Shown piece by piece: positions 1-13,118 of a DNA stretch of 64,000 nucleotides. Each line of letters opens with the position of its first letter. Position 1 is the stretch's first letter. The position numbers were made by a program, and so were the translations under genes. The notes under the pieces were generated by a model. It worked only from the letters and a program-made list of their open reading frames with translations, was not told the DNA's origin and did no database searches. Origin of the DNA: Eledone cirrhosa. Taxonomy: Eukaryota. The stretch is taken from NCBI GenBank assembly GCA_964016885.1, contig OZ024741.1:306094001-306158000 (forward strand). Reading direction: 5' to 3'.

Positions 1-202
1 ATTTTAAGCTGTGATCATGTTGCAGCTAACTCAGTAGCCATGTGAGAATGTCAGGCATGTGTTTCTCGAGTTTTATCCATCATCAGTGATATTCATTTAC
101 TCAGTACCGAGACAAGATTTAGCTATAGCTTATGTACTTTTTTCAGGTGGTGATGCTCATTTGCATATACTGCCAATTAATTCTAGCTGTTCAAGCTCAC
201 AC

Positions 203-620
203 TGCTTTTGGGTCCGGATAATCGCCCCCCCCCCCCCATCGCTTATTAGTTTTTCTAATACTCCACTCTTATTCCACCCCAACACCCTGCTTATTAAATT
301 TTGCTAATCTATGTCCGACAAAATTTTATTTTATGTGGTTGCATTCCTGCGATAATTAATTTTCTTTAGACATTAAAAAACATTATACATGACAAAAAAT
401 AATATTACAAGAAATCTCATAGATTATAAAATAAATAGGATGGGTTGGGTCTCAATATGTAAACTAAATGACTAATTCTGGTTTTTAAAAAAAATCAGGG
501 GAGATAACCTAGAAAATGACCCCCTCTGTCTAATTCTAACCTCCCCACTTATTTCAACTCCCCGTTTATTCCACCATCCCCACACTTATTCCACCCCTCC
601 TATTATTTGGGACTTGAGGG
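203..620. mobile_element. Degraded Tc1/mariner/pogo-like MITE copy
   Basis: Shares body and the tattatttgggacttgaggg-ta end with 12306-12621. Confidence 0.55.
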
Positions 621-690
621 TATATGATCATGAGTATTTCCAGCTGGTCTTTTATTTCCACTATTCAACCAAAATATAATCACTACTTAC

Positions 691-805
691 CACCACTTTC
701 CTTTATAGTGTACAGTTGCTCCATTTAAGAAAACGATGGATCCTTCATAACAAGAGGTTGGGTCTAAATGTTTAGTTTTTTGTTCTTTTGGTTCATAATC
801 CTTCA
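691..805 (-). CDS. Internal exon of Cys-rich host gene (start of a VWC-like module)
   Basis: Acceptor ttgtctttaaatcag| and donor TG|gtaagt; 115 nt, phase 1 to 2; encodes KDYEPKEQKTKHLDPTSCYEGSIVFLNGATVHYKGKW(C); in frame with exon 1950-2105. Confidence 0.65.
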
Positions 806-1350
806 CTGATTTAAAGACAATGAAAATTCGTTTTGAAAAAGTAAAAGTAATGACAAAATTAGAGATCAATATAAAGTTATTAATTCAAAACAGTTTATGA
901 CAATGATTTGTGATTTAGGCACAAGGCCAAGAGTTTTGGGGGAGGAGAAAGTCAATTAAATTGACCCCAGTATGTTAGACAACCAGTCTAACCCATGCAA
1001 GCATGGAAAATAGATGTTAGACAGTGGTGATGATAATGATGATGATAAACAATATAAAGTGTTGTATTGTAGAAACATGAGCAGTTTCAGACAGTTTGGT
1101 ATTAAAAGGGTTAAGTGGTTACAAATGTATATGGATTTAGTGGTTAGTTAGCTGTCAATGCAGGTATGCTAACCCCTACTTGATACACATGTTTTTTTAC
1201 ATTAAACTTTAACCAATGGTAATAAAAAAAAAAAAGAATAAATAAAGGGCAATATCTACATAATATATACGTATATATGTGTGAATGGTTTTGTAATATG
1301 GTTGAATGGTAGCTGAGTTTTACTGGAGCCAACAGCTAATTTTACAATAT

Positions 1351-1520
1351 ATTAGAAAGAAACAGGGCCCAATGGCTGAGCTCTTGCCATTTTGACAGCT
1401 AGTTCCAGACCAGTCTGTCAAAACGGTAAGAGCTCAGCGCTGTGCCCCGATTCTTTCTAATATTACGACACTCTACAATCCCAAGTATTGAGTACTTTGT
1501 TGAATAATGGTCTAACTAGT
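1351..1520. repeat. Old fold-back relative of the family-C hammerhead terminus
   Basis: Imperfect inverted repeat 1351-1408/1415-1461 around gctgagctc, followed by cactctac...aagtattgagtactttg as at 19869/26874/49177. Confidence 0.5.
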
Positions 1521-1571
1521 TTAATACTAGTTTAATTCTGATATATATATATATATATATGACAAAAAAAA

Positions 1572-1797
1572 CACACAGTCCATGCTGTAATGTGGCCGTA
1601 TAGGTAACACGGTAAAAGCCTCCCAGTCCACACTGTAAATGTGGTTGGTGTTAAGAAGGGCATCCAGCCATAGAAAACCTGCTAGACAGTCCTATACGAG
1701 CAAGACACGGTCACCCGACCAATCTTGTCTCAAGTGGGACAATTCCCATCTAACCCATGCTAGCATGGAAGATAAACGTTAAATGATGATGATGATA
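1572..1797 (+). mobile_element. SINE with Meta-like domain and RTE-type 3' tail
   Basis: gtggttggtgttaagaagggcatccagcc core; tail aacccatgctagcatggaa...(atg)n resembles the RTE 3' end at 48927-48970. Related copies at ~2400-2560 (-), ~2885-3075 and ~8545-8800. Confidence 0.65.
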
Positions 1798-1949
1798 TAT
1801 ATATATAAGCATCGACATCATTTAACATCTGTTTTCTCTGGTAGCAAGGGCTAGTGTCTCTCTGTGGATGTATGCCTTTGTGTTTGTGTATACTTTAATG
1901 CATAATTATGTAAACTTGTTCAATCAGGTATCCCACCTGTCATACTTAC

Positions 1950-2105
1950 TGTGGTTTCTATTGTCATCTTTTTCCTTCACACACCATCCTCTATTTGGAA
2001 TGTTCTGTTCTTTGTCCTCTGGGGTGACAATGTGACATACATAGCCATCTGGACACAATAGTGGGTCTGCATCATCTTGTTCCTCTGTTGTGCTACATGA
2101 CTGAT
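1950..2105 (-). CDS. Internal exon of Cys-rich host gene
   Basis: Acceptor ttctgttttggttgtttag| and donor A|gtaagt; 156 nt, phase 1-1; (D)QSCSTTEEQDDADPLLCPDGYVCHIVTPEDKEQNIPNRGWCVKEKDDNRNH. Confidence 0.7.
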
Positions 2106-3285
2106 CTAAACAACCAAAACAGAAAGCAGAATAAATTGGAGAAACATTTGGAGACCTGAAAAGAAAGTTAACCATTTTGATACTAACTCAGTCAAAACTG
2201 TATCTGGTTCAATGGACAAAACCATTCATTTCAAAGATTCTTATTTCAATTAAAATCTTCCAAAATAGTTTTATATAAAACCCTTTAAGTTATGTTACAA
2301 ATGTTATCTTAATAATCATTTTCATTGATTAATTCAAATACAGGTTATTTTATCAGAAATCTGGTAATGAAAGGGTTAAAAAATGAGTCATGTACTAGTA
2401 TCATCATCATCTTACACCTTACATCCACTTTCCCTGTTGGCATGGGTTGATGACTGGGTCATCATGCTCCAAGACTAGATGGCTCAGAGTATGATATTCT
2501 GGTCACACTTTTTGTATTCTGGCATGATTTTTATGGCTGGATGTTATTCCTAATACCAATTACTTTACAAGGTGTACTGCAGGTATTTTATCATGACACC
2601 AGCAATACAGCTTTACAAATTGTACTGGATATATTTTATCATGACACCAGCAATACCACTTTATAAATTGTACTGGTTACATTTGAATGTGACACCAGCA
2701 TTAACCACTTTGAAAATTGTACTGAGTGTATTTTATTCTAATATGCAAATTCATCATTATACCAACATTGCTACTTTACAGAATATACTGGGTGCATTTT
2801 ATTATGGCACCAACGCTAGAGAGGTTGTTAAGTAAATATAAATTATTACAATACTAATTGTGGTACTAACACTACCACTCTGTAATGAAGTAGTTGCAGT
2901 GTCATGAAAAAATACACTCAGTACATCCTGTAAAGGGGTTAACATTAGGAAGGACATCCTACTGTAGAAACCATGCCATGTAAGTAAGATTAAGTTGCTT
3001 TCACTCATCTGGTCTTGGACTGTGACAACTCATACAATCCTTGCTAGAATGGAAAGTGGACTCAAAATGATGATGATGACGATAACGACAGTGGCAGCAG
3101 CAGCAGCAGCAGCGACGACGGCGACGATGATGATTATATTCAGTGTTACTTACATTCATCTGGTGTATCATTGTCTCGTATCAACCAATATGGTGCTGTA
3201 AAAGATTTGAAAAATCCTGTTTAACTATGAGCTGAAACTTTCAGTTAATACATAGGGATCTAGATTCAGTTGTGTGAAGTCATTT

Positions 3286-3545
3286 AGCTTAGTGGTTAGG
3301 GTGTTTGACTCACAATCATGAGTTCAATTCCAAGCAGTGTGCTGTTTCCTTGAGCAAGACACTTTATTTCCCATTGCTCCAGTCCTCTAGTCCGTCCAGT
3401 TGGCCAGAATGAGTTGTACCTGTAGTTCAAAGGAACAGCCATGTCTCACACTGTCATGCTGAATCTCTCTGAGAACTACATTAAGAGTATATGTTCCTGC
3501 CAAATGCATGAGCAGATTGTTCTGTTGTTTGAACAACTGGAGCAC
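3286..3545 (+). mobile_element. Degraded tRNA-derived SINE
   Basis: A-box-like tagcttagtggttag and B-box-like gagttcaattcc, followed by ccttgagcaagacactt. Confidence 0.55.
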
Positions 3546-4405
3546 TCATTGGAAACTGACGGAGTTACAATCTCCCCCCACACACCTACACACACAAACA
3601 GTCTGTTGTGAATGACTACTATCTGACTGCTCTATTTTTACCAGATTTTATTTTAACTCAAAGACCCAGAGGCTCATCAGGCCACAGCTTATCCTGGTTT
3701 CTTTGTTTTTAAGTAGTTGAGAGTACAAGACAGGACATAAGTCTTTTGATTCCAAACTGCCTGAAATACCCTTACTTCTACAAGACTAATCTTAATATAT
3801 TAAAGTGGTTATATTTATTTAAAAACCTTCCATTATAATTCTATGTAAAAACTTTTGTTAAGTTGTATTTCAAACTTAATAGTGATAAATTAATTATAAT
3901 ATTTGACTAAATTGCATAAGTTCTCAGCTATTTTCAAAATTATTTGAAAATCATGGTCAGTATCTTTCATTAGAAATATAGTACCAAAAGAATTAACTCC
4001 TAGCTGGTGGTCATCTTTTTGAGCTGTGTAGACTGGAGCAATGTGAAATGAAGAGTCATGCTTAAGGATACAATGGAAAGATTTGAACTCAAAACAGAGA
4101 GCCAGAACAAATATCAAAAAGCTTTCTATCCAAAGTTCTAATGACTCTCCCAATTTGCCATCAACCATATTGATCTCATTAGTCTAGGAAGTATCATGTA
4201 GATCAGAGGTTCTCAAAGTGGGTGCTGCCACCCCAGGTGCATTAGAAGGTCCAGGAGGTGGTAGAGATGATATAATAGTGTATTAAATATCAAATGATAC
4301 ATATTATATATAAATATAGTAAAATAAAAAATATATGATATTTATTTATACATAGTATATATTATATTATTTATTATATATTTGCAGCATAGTTAGGTCC
4401 CTTTA

Positions 4406-4525
4406 CGGTCTGAGTTCAAATCCCGTTGAGGTTAACTTTGCCTTTCATCCTTACGGGGTCGATAAAATAAAGTACCAGTAATGCACTGGGATAATTGGTG
4501 GCCTCGTGCTAAAAGTAGAAACAAT
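4406..4525 (+). mobile_element. SINE fragment with Deu/Nin-like domain
   Basis: B-box gagttcaaatcc followed by gcctttcatccttacggggtcgataaaataaagtaccag; other copies at 5147-5280, 12010-12095 (-), 13665-13795 and 19245-19335 (-). Confidence 0.7.
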
Positions 4526-4557
4526 TATATATAAATTAACGATTTTTTTATTATATA

Positions 4558-4703
4558 CTAGCAGAATGGCCCGGCGTTGCTCTGGATTTGCTCTAGGGTT
4601 CTTATATATTTGATATATATTTATCCTTCTCGAGCCTTGTGAAGTAAATATGTTTGTTTATATTTTGTTATTGTGTATGCAAAAATATCTGTACACGAAT
4701 ATA

Positions 4704-4748
<45 letters not shown>

Positions 4749-5532
4749 CAGTACAGAGAAGTACGGAATACCTCGGCCTCGGGTTGGTGTCTACATTTTG
4801 TGTGCTTATAAAAACAATTCGTTGTACATTACCAGGGTTTTTTTTGTTAGAAGAAAATCAATACTTTATCACGAAATAAATACTTTTGTTTATATGTGTA
4901 TGCAAAAATATCTGTACACGAATATATATATATATATATATTAAAATAACAGATTAAAGTTTAAGCAAAGAATCGCTGCTTTCACACTTAACGGGATCTT
5001 CTAAAACTAAAATAATAAATCTGTGAACGCAGAAGTAAATATTTCGAAAAACGTTACACACTATATATATACACACACACACCGCGTCATAATGACGTAA
5101 TGCAGATAGCCAGGCATACATACAGATATTATAAATCCTTATAAATCTCGGCGAGGTTAACTTTGCCTTTCATCCTTATGGGTCGATAAAATAAAGTACC
5201 AGTCACTCACTGGGGTCAATTTCATCGACTCCCCCTCCCCCCAAAAAATTGCTGGCCTTGTGCCTAAATAAGAAACCGTTATAAAGGCGTGACGTTATAT
5301 CTATGTATCTATCTAAAAAGAGAAAGACTAAGAATTATAGACAGAGATCGCTAAATCGCCTAATGCAGTGTCTAGGGCATTGAAAATTTGAAATTTATTT
5401 TGCTCAAAACACGCACGGGACCATAAGTATTACATGTGTAAAGTTTGAAAACACTTGGTTGGGTGGTTCTCGAGTTTTAGTGATTGGACAGAAAGACAGA
5501 TAAACAGACATTCTCTGTTTTAGTAATATAGA
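4558..5532 (-). mobile_element. Non-autonomous Helitron (Lep1-like)
   Basis: Minus strand begins a|TCTATATTACT with (CTGT)-like repeats and ends with GC hairpin ccagagcaacgccggg...CTAG|t; A/T insertion site. Confidence 0.75.
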
Positions 5533-5823
5533 TTATTTACAATTTATGTGTAGGCAGGTCTCTCTGGGGTGGGGTGGGGTGGGGGTGCTGAGGGTATTAC
5601 ATGGCCATGAGGTAGGCAGGGGCAGTGGCCCAAAAAGTTTGAGAATCTCTGATGTAGATCATAGCCACTGCTCTCTTCTTTTAACACTGTCATTTTTACA
5701 TCCAAATGAGGGGAGGAGCATTGGGGTTAGGGTGTAATCCTTCTGATACCAGATACTAACCCTCTTCCAATCATCTCTGGTCCTATGAAACTAAACCACA
5801 CATTTTAAAGGGATCCTATTTAA

Positions 5824-6007
5824 TCTTTTAGCATTTAAACTGGCTGTATCCGGCCAGGATTCTCTCACCTCTTCCTGTTCAAACTGGCCATAACCGGCGT
5901 CTCATACTTGTGTTCAGTTATTGTTCTCAAAATAAATAATATTGTGAGATAAAGTGTTTATTATGAAAATACAATAGTATATATAGAGTAATGTAAATGC
6001 TAAAGGG
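5824..6007. mobile_element. piggyBac-like MITE
   Basis: TTAA flanks; TIR (cc)ttttagcattta / taaatgctaaaggg; second copy at 12898-13118. Confidence 0.65.
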
Positions 6008-6282
6008 TTAAATTAAAGTATTCGACACACCTATACACATATAGACATTGACACACTCACACACACATGAAGATGGTCAAGACCATGTGAAAAGAAAAGA
6101 TGATGGGAATTGCATAAACATTATTAGAGAGAGAAAAAATTGACTGACTCCAGTACTGGAGTGGCACTTATTTATCAATCCTGAATAACTCACAGTATCA
6201 ACAGCCAGAACAAATACTGAGGCAGTTGAGGCAGTTATAATATCATTTACAAAGAAAAAACAAATAACAATACTTTCCTTAC

Positions 6283-6324
6283 CTGATTTCACAATCCTTC
6301 GTGGAGCTACACGCCAATCAATCA
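6283..6324 (-). CDS. 42-nt micro-exon of the same host gene
   Basis: Acceptor ttctaccatttcag| and donor CAG|gtaagg; only the phase 1-1 frame is open (IDWRVAPRRIVKS), which matches the next exon's phase. Confidence 0.5.
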
Positions 6325-6349
6325 CTGAAATGGTAGAATATTGCAATAT

Positions 6350-6364
6350 AGTAGTAGGTGTGGG

Positions 6365-6398
<34 letters not shown>

Positions 6399-6405
6399 GT
6401 GTGGG

Positions 6406-6457
<52 letters not shown>

Positions 6458-6580
6458 GTGTGGGGTAGTAGTAGTAGTGGTGGGGGGGGGGGGGGTAGTG
6501 GGGGAGGGAGGTGGTGGTCAGAGCAACCATTACAACTATGGTATTAGCTACTGCTACTGTTACTACTACTACTACTACTA
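6350..6580. repeat. (TAG)n/(TAC)n microsatellites
   Basis: Direct inspection. Confidence 0.9.
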
Positions 6581-7102
6581 ATTAATGGTTCTACTCCTCA
6601 GAACTAACTTGTTGCCTACAGTCACCCACCCAAACCACCCAGAACACTAATCTCTACTTTCTGGTACCCTGATTGCATTACATCTCCTCTCAAGCCCCAC
6701 AACTATACTCCATACTTAATTCCTCCACCCCAGAACATCAACTCTCTATAATTTCCCATCCCATCTCCACTGCCACTCAATGTTTTGGGAGTGGTTTATA
6801 GTTGTTGTCGTGTTTGTTTTTCTTGCAGATGTCAGCCTTCAGATGTTAAAAACATATTGATCTCATCAGTCTGGGAACTCCCACCCACTCCCCAACTTCT
6901 TGTGAAGATCATGGCCACTGCCTTCTGTCATCATTTTTACATTTATTGTGTGTGGGCTTATGGGGAAATTAGGTTTAGGGTGAAACAAAGAAAGAAGAGT
7001 TGAAAAATCTAAATTTGTGAAATAGTTTTCTCTTTTCTTCCCAGGTAGCTGTTTAGTATGTATGTATGTATGTATGTATGTATGTATGTATGTATGTATG
7101 TA

Positions 7103-7719
7103 TGGTGCTACTGGTAACATGTATTCCAGTACAACCTGTCCCATGGTCGGGTCGTTGGCAACTAAACTGGCAACCCCACCAAGGTTTCTTGGTGAGGAGG
7201 GTGACTTTGGACATCCTGCAGGACTAAAAACAAAACCTGTCAAAGGGCAAAGGAGCTCTTAAGAGTCAATGGCCATCCAAAATCACCGGGAGAGATGACC
7301 CCTTAGCCTTTGTCAAGGCAGAATTCTAGGATAAGGAAAACTCTGATATAACACCTGCAACCTTGATGGTATCCAATGATGTTGACTTGTTCTTCTTTTT
7401 GGTAAATATCATCTTGGTTAAGAGAGTGGGACTGGCTTTGTGCAGTGCCTTTGCTCACTATAAAAGCTTCACGGCACAGGCATTGCTTTGTATCTGGAGA
7501 TCTCTCTGCACTTGTCGTCACATGGTGCCATGGGCCCAGCACTATGTGTCGATAATTGTCACCGGTGTAGTGTTTGTACCAGAGTTTTCAAGTCGCTGGC
7601 CGGACTAAAAAGTCACACTTGTTTAGCGCATCGGTAGGGGTTCTCCTACATGGATATAAAGTAGTGGCCGTACTCGAAAACGAGTTGGCAGCCACCATGT
7701 ATGTATGTATGTATGTATG

Positions 7720-7720
<1 letters not shown>
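7103..7720 (+). mobile_element. Short RTE-related element flanked by (TATG)n
   Basis: Residual C-terminal zinc finger CSVCTRVFKSLAGLKSH at ~7567-7617; (TATG)n on both sides. Confidence 0.5.
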
Positions 7721-7776
<56 letters not shown>

Positions 7777-8170
7777 TCGATTGAACCTGGGATAAACATA
7801 TATATATGTGTGTGTGTGGTGTGGTGTGGGTGTATGTATACAAAAAGAAAAATCAAACAGAAATAAAGCAAATGACACAGTATAATGAAGTGATACTATA
7901 TAGATATATTATTAGTTTTATGCTAGCCCTTCATCGGAAAATAGAAATTAAATGAGAAATTAAAGAAGAAATAGAAAGATAGAGGAGACTGAGCAGTGGC
8001 AGAAACATAAAAAAAGAATTCTTGAAAAAAGCAGGTCTATACACATCACCATCTCTTGGAAAACTGTTGATGTTGACATTGTTGTATAAGTTGATCTTGT
8101 TTTAAAAGGTGGTGATTGAATGTATATATATATATGATAGGATGGGGGAGCTCAATGGGTAACCTTAGAC

Positions 8171-8350
8171 CAGGCATGTCAAACATGCGGCCCTTTACAA
8201 GCACACCTGAAACCCGCACAAAGGTTTTTACAGTGTGAGCACGTTTTATCTTTGTCATATAAAATAAAAAAATATTAGTTGTAATGTGTGCAATTAGTTG
8301 TCGTATGTGACCCATGTGGCTCTTAGGGGACCCTCAATTTGACATGCCTG
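8171..8350. mobile_element. hAT-type MITE
   Basis: 13-bp TIR caggcatgtcaaa/tttgacatgcctg; exact 8-bp TSD ccttagac. Confidence 0.85.
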
Positions 8351-9494
8351 CCTTAGACTATTTAGATGGCCAGATGAGAATTTCCTATCTGACCATTGAA
8401 ACAGTTTGAGCTTAACTGGCAGATTCCCCATCCTATAATAATATCTACACTCTACTTTCCCTAAGTATGGTTTACTAAATTGAATGATAATCTTACTAGT
8501 TTTAACTAGTAACACCTCATCCATATGTGTTTGTATATATATAACAAAAAGCACCCAGCCCACACTGTAAAGTGGTTGTGTAGGTGTCACGACAAAAAGC
8601 ACTCAGCCCATGCTGTGAAGTGGTGGTGTAGGTGTCATGACAAAAAGCACCCAGCCCACACTGTAAAGTGGTCGTGTAGGAGTCACAGCAAAAAGCACCC
8701 ACCACACATTGTAAATGTGGTTGGCGTTAGGAAGGGCATCTAGCCGTAGAAACCAAGCCAGAGACAGTTATATATGAGTAAGACATTGTCACCTGACCCA
8801 ACTTAACTCAAATGGGATGACCTGAAATATGTATGGATTGAACCATGTATGTATTGAAATCATTTAAGAAAATAGAAAAATCAAACACTCACAAGCTGGT
8901 TCATCAATCTTATGTGTACAAGTGTAAATACAACCATTAAAACAGCATCGTTTGTGCTTCTTGCTTTTGCAATCCTGGTCAGTCTTACACTGGGACTGTT
9001 GGCAGGCAGATTTTGGATAAGATTTTGGTACTGACGGACAAGCTTCTTGTAAACTGGAAGCCTCTTCTTTGTTAGGAGAATCTCCTTGGTAATCGTAATC
9101 AATCTATTTTTGAGAAAAAAAAAGGGGGTATAAGCTTTATGAATTATCAAAGTACTGGGGGTATTTGAAATTTGAAAACGTGAGAGTCCCAATTGTAGAA
9201 AATTGGTTAAATTGCCCTTAGAGATGGAAAAAATTAATTTACTCAATTTTCTCAACTATTGTTTTTAGTGTTTGACTGTTTGGGACGCTTACATTTTCAA
9301 ATTTCAGACAGAAGTATAACATCATGATATAAAATTGACCCTGGAAGGGTGAAAGACCATGGCAAGATTTGAACTCAGAAAACAAAGGTGTAGTAATATC
9401 ATTTCAATATTTAAAATTGAGGTTTTAATATTCTATTTTTTACATAAAATTTTGTTCTGAAGCTTTAGTGAGTAACATATTTTGTTGTTATATG

Positions 9495-11240
9495 AGAGTC
9501 ACAGAAGAGATGACAAAGGATCGCAATGAGTGGAGAGATGCCATGCTGAGAAGGACCTATCCAACCAATGCAAGCGTGGAAAAACGGATGTAAAAATGAT
9601 GATGAGGATGATGATGATGTGTCAGTTTGAATCAAGATGTTGATGGAGAAAAGTGTGCTCTAAATGACAGTGCACTTAGCCTCACCAATGCTCATAAGAG
9701 GTTTGGAAATGTTACTGTGGGAGATTGTTGAATGTGAAGAATGGGTGAAAGGAAGAGAGACTATTCTCAGTAGACTCAAATGGGGGACCAGTTATCAAAG
9801 TTGGCAGTTATATGGTTAAAGAAGCCATCAGCGATATGAAAAATGGAAAAGCTGCTAGACCTAGATAGTCACTGAGATGCTGAAATCATCTGTTGATGTA
9901 GAATTCTAGCTAGTAATTCTCATAATCAATCAGGTAATACATAAGGGTGTCATATTCAGTGACTCATGTAGTAGTATAATCATTAATTGTTACAAAGGAA
10001 AAGTTGACATACAAAGTCATTAAACTAATGAAGCACATTATGGAGGTAGCAGAAAGAGTTTTAGCAAAACTAATTAGGCAAGCAATCAGATTAGATGAGA
10101 ATTAGTATGGTTTAGTGCCAGGGTGGAGTACCACTGATGACCTTTTTCTCAGTGAGATAACTAGGAACTTTGCTTGTAGTTATGTGTAAGTGGCTATATC
10201 TAGCTTTTATTGACCTAGAGAAGATCTTTGACAGAGTATCACGATCTGTTGTCTGGAGGTCCTTAAGAAAACTAGGTATAAATGAGTGGCTTATGAGAGC
10301 AGTTGAAGTTATGTACAAAAGTACTGTCAGCAAAGTGAGAAGATTTAGAGAAGAAATTCCTGGTGTGAAAACAAAACTTAGAATTGAAAGTCCTCAGAAT
10401 AAACTTAGCAAAGCTTAAACTTCTAGAAAGTAGTGAAGAAAATAGGATTATGCTGCCATCAAGAAAATGGTCATGCTCAATTTACAGAGAAGTTTGTAGA
10501 AACTTCATCCAGGGTAAATTTTGAGTGCACAAGAGATATTAATGGGATCATAGAAAGGCTAACAGAGAAAAGATTTTGCATGTGGCAGATGTATTAGAAG
10601 TAGTTAATAGTGAGAGCACAAGTAAAATAAACTCTTTCCAATCCAAGGAATGCTTCATATAAGTAGTTGAGAGCTTCTCCTACTTAGGTGATTAAATTAG
10701 CAGTGTAAAGGGATGCTTCAAAAGTCTTGTAGTGTAAATATAAATGGAGTGCTGGCTACAAAGGGATTCTCACTCTGTGTGAAAGGAAAATTATATGATT
10801 ATTGCATATGGAGTGCAATGTCTCATGGTAGTGATACATGGGAATTTAATGCAGACGGTATTGTAAGGTTAGAAAGTAATGTGTAATGTTATTGTACCTG
10901 AATGATGAAACATGGATGATTATAAGGAATAAATGGGTATACGGGTAATCAGTTATTGTGTGTAAGAGAAAAGATTGCACTGGTAAGGACATGTAATGTA
11001 TATGGATGATGATTGTGGGGCGAAGAAGTGCCAGCAATTCTTAGTGGAAGGAAACAGTAGGAAAGGCAGACTAAGGAAAATTTAAGCAGAAGTGGTGAGA
11101 GTTGATCTTAGAATGCTGAACCTCACAGAGGACATGACAGAGGAATGCAATGAGTAGAAGCAGGCTATGCTGGAGAAGACCTGGGCAACCTTTGCAAGCA
11201 GGGAAAAGTGGACGCAGAATTGATGATGATGATGATGGTG
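9495..11240 (+). pseudogene. Decayed RTE-clade LINE (RT remnants)
   Basis: LYLAFIDLEKIFDRVSRSVVWRSLRKLGI motif at ~10190-10280; many stops and frameshifts; 3' end tgcaagcagggaaaagtggacg...(gat)n; a second 3' end at ~9495-9618. Confidence 0.8.
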
Positions 11241-12305
11241 GTGGTGGCACATGTGTGTACACACCCAATAGAAGCCATAGAAAAGTTTAGAGAGAAAAGT
11301 ACATACACACATACACACACATAATAAAAATCCTTGAAATGATTAGTCAGTTTATAAACAGTCAGCAACTGTTATGAAGTATTTCCATATGTGTGTATTT
11401 GTGGGCGTGTATGTGTGTATGGGGTGTATACAAGTGTATCTGTTTGTATGCGTGTGTTTGTGTGAGTGTGTATGCATGTGTATCTGTATATGTGCGGGTG
11501 TGTATACGTATGTAGATGTGTGTGTATGTGCATGTATGTGTGTGTATGTGTATATGTCTGCATATGTCACTTTGTCTCACAGACTAGGCTTTGTGTTTAT
11601 ATCAGATTAATGGAGTTTAATCTAATTGAGCCCACCACCACCACCACAACTACTATGACTGCTGTTACTACTACTTCTACTACTACTACTACTACTACTG
11701 AAACAGTGAAATAAATAAAAAAAACGTAAAGTGAATTTAACAGTTTGTGTGTGTGTTCTGAATAGCGAAATGACTCTTCCATGATGTAACTATTGCCTTC
11801 AACAGCTGGAAAGAGGCAAAACTAAATATAGGACTGTATGCATGTTTGGATCTATAACTCCCGATGGAATCGTAGGGGTACTATTGGACATATGACATTT
11901 CTAGGGTACTTGAAAACTGGCAGAGCCCATCCCTTCTTCAGGTCTGAACCCATCCAATTTCTTCCAGAGAAGAAGAGAGGAAGTGAGAAAGAAATATAGA
12001 GGAAGAATCAACCCCTAGTATTAGACTGGTACTTTTTTTACCGACCTTGAAAGGATGAAAGGCAAAGTTGACCTCATCAAGATTTGAATTCAGAGAATGC
12101 AGAGAGAGAAAACAAATACTGCAAAGTATTCTATCCAATGTTTTAACAATTTGCCAATTTGCTGCCTAAATATAGAATTATTACCACTCTTACTACATAT
12201 ATTCACTAATCATAGGCTGATAAAATTACAAGTGTTGGCTGAAAAGTTCATAGGCTAACCAAAATACTCTCATGGAATGACCAAATGAGGTTTATTTTCA
12301 ACATA

Positions 12306-12621
12306 CTCTCGAGTCTCGAATAATCGTCCCATTCCCCTTACTTATTAATTTTTCAGATTTTTTCCAACCACCCCTGCTTATTAAATTTTGCTAATCTATC
12401 TCTGGTGAAATTTAATTTTAAGTGGTAGCAGTCCTGCGACATTAAAAAGCATTACAAGAAATCCCATATGTTATAAAATAAATAGGATGGGTTGGGGTTT
12501 CAATATGTAAACTAAATGACTAATTCTGTTTTTGTTTTTTTAAATCAACGGTGACATCCTAGAAAAATTATGGATTCTCCATCTCTTCCAAGCCCCACCC
12601 CTATTATTTGGGACCTGAGAG
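12306..12621. mobile_element. Tc1/mariner/pogo-like MITE
   Basis: TA flanks; imperfect TIR ctctcgagtctcgaataat / attatttgggacctgagag; an inverted copy lies at ~14388-14721. Confidence 0.7.
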
Positions 12622-12897
12622 TAGTTCTTGGAAAGAAACAATGCAGCTATTAACAAGAAGAGTTGAAATTAATGCATGCAAGTTTTCACAGTTCTAGCAT
12701 CATTCCTTCATAGTCAGCTTATGAACTTTTCAGCTGACCCTTGTATATTGTATATTAGCTCAAGTAGAAAACAGGAATATATCATTGTGGTAGTGATAGA
12801 AGTGGTCTGCATAAATAATTTGTGGCTTTGAGCTTCTGCCTGAATTTGGTTGTCAGTTAAGCAACTAAATTCGACCATTCAATGCACAGTTCTATAA

Positions 12898-13118
12898 CCC
12901 ATTAGCATTTAAACCGGCCATATCCGGCCAGAACTGCCTCACCTCTTTCTGTTCAAACCAGCATTAACTGGCTACCCATATCTACATTAACGTATTGTTC
13001 TCAAAATAAATAACATCAAAATCTTGTAGATTCGATATTATGTGAGATAATTATTTAAGATAAAGCCTTTACTGTCAGAATACAATAGTAAATATAGAAT
13101 AATGTAAATGCTAAAGGG
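12898..13118. mobile_element. piggyBac-like MITE
   Basis: cccattagcattta ... taaatgctaaaggg|ttaa. Confidence 0.65.

Larger units (their letters stand above)
4204..5651. mobile_element. hAT-type MITE containing a nested SINE and Helitron
   Basis: TIRs cagaggttctcaaa/tttgagaatctctg; exact 8-bp TSD atgtagat (4196-4203, 5652-5659). Confidence 0.8.

Noticed and set aside
2106-2175. Longer exon or start for ORF 1924-2175
   Set aside because: The acceptor at 2106 has a stronger pyrimidine tract and matches the phase of the upstream micro-exon; the acceptor at 2156 does not.
3286-3345. tRNA gene
   Set aside because: Only degenerate A/B boxes of a SINE head; no cloverleaf.
7103-7180. HDV-like ribozyme at an RTE-like 5' end
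   Set aside because: I could not fit the P1-P2-P3-P1.1-P4 order by eye.
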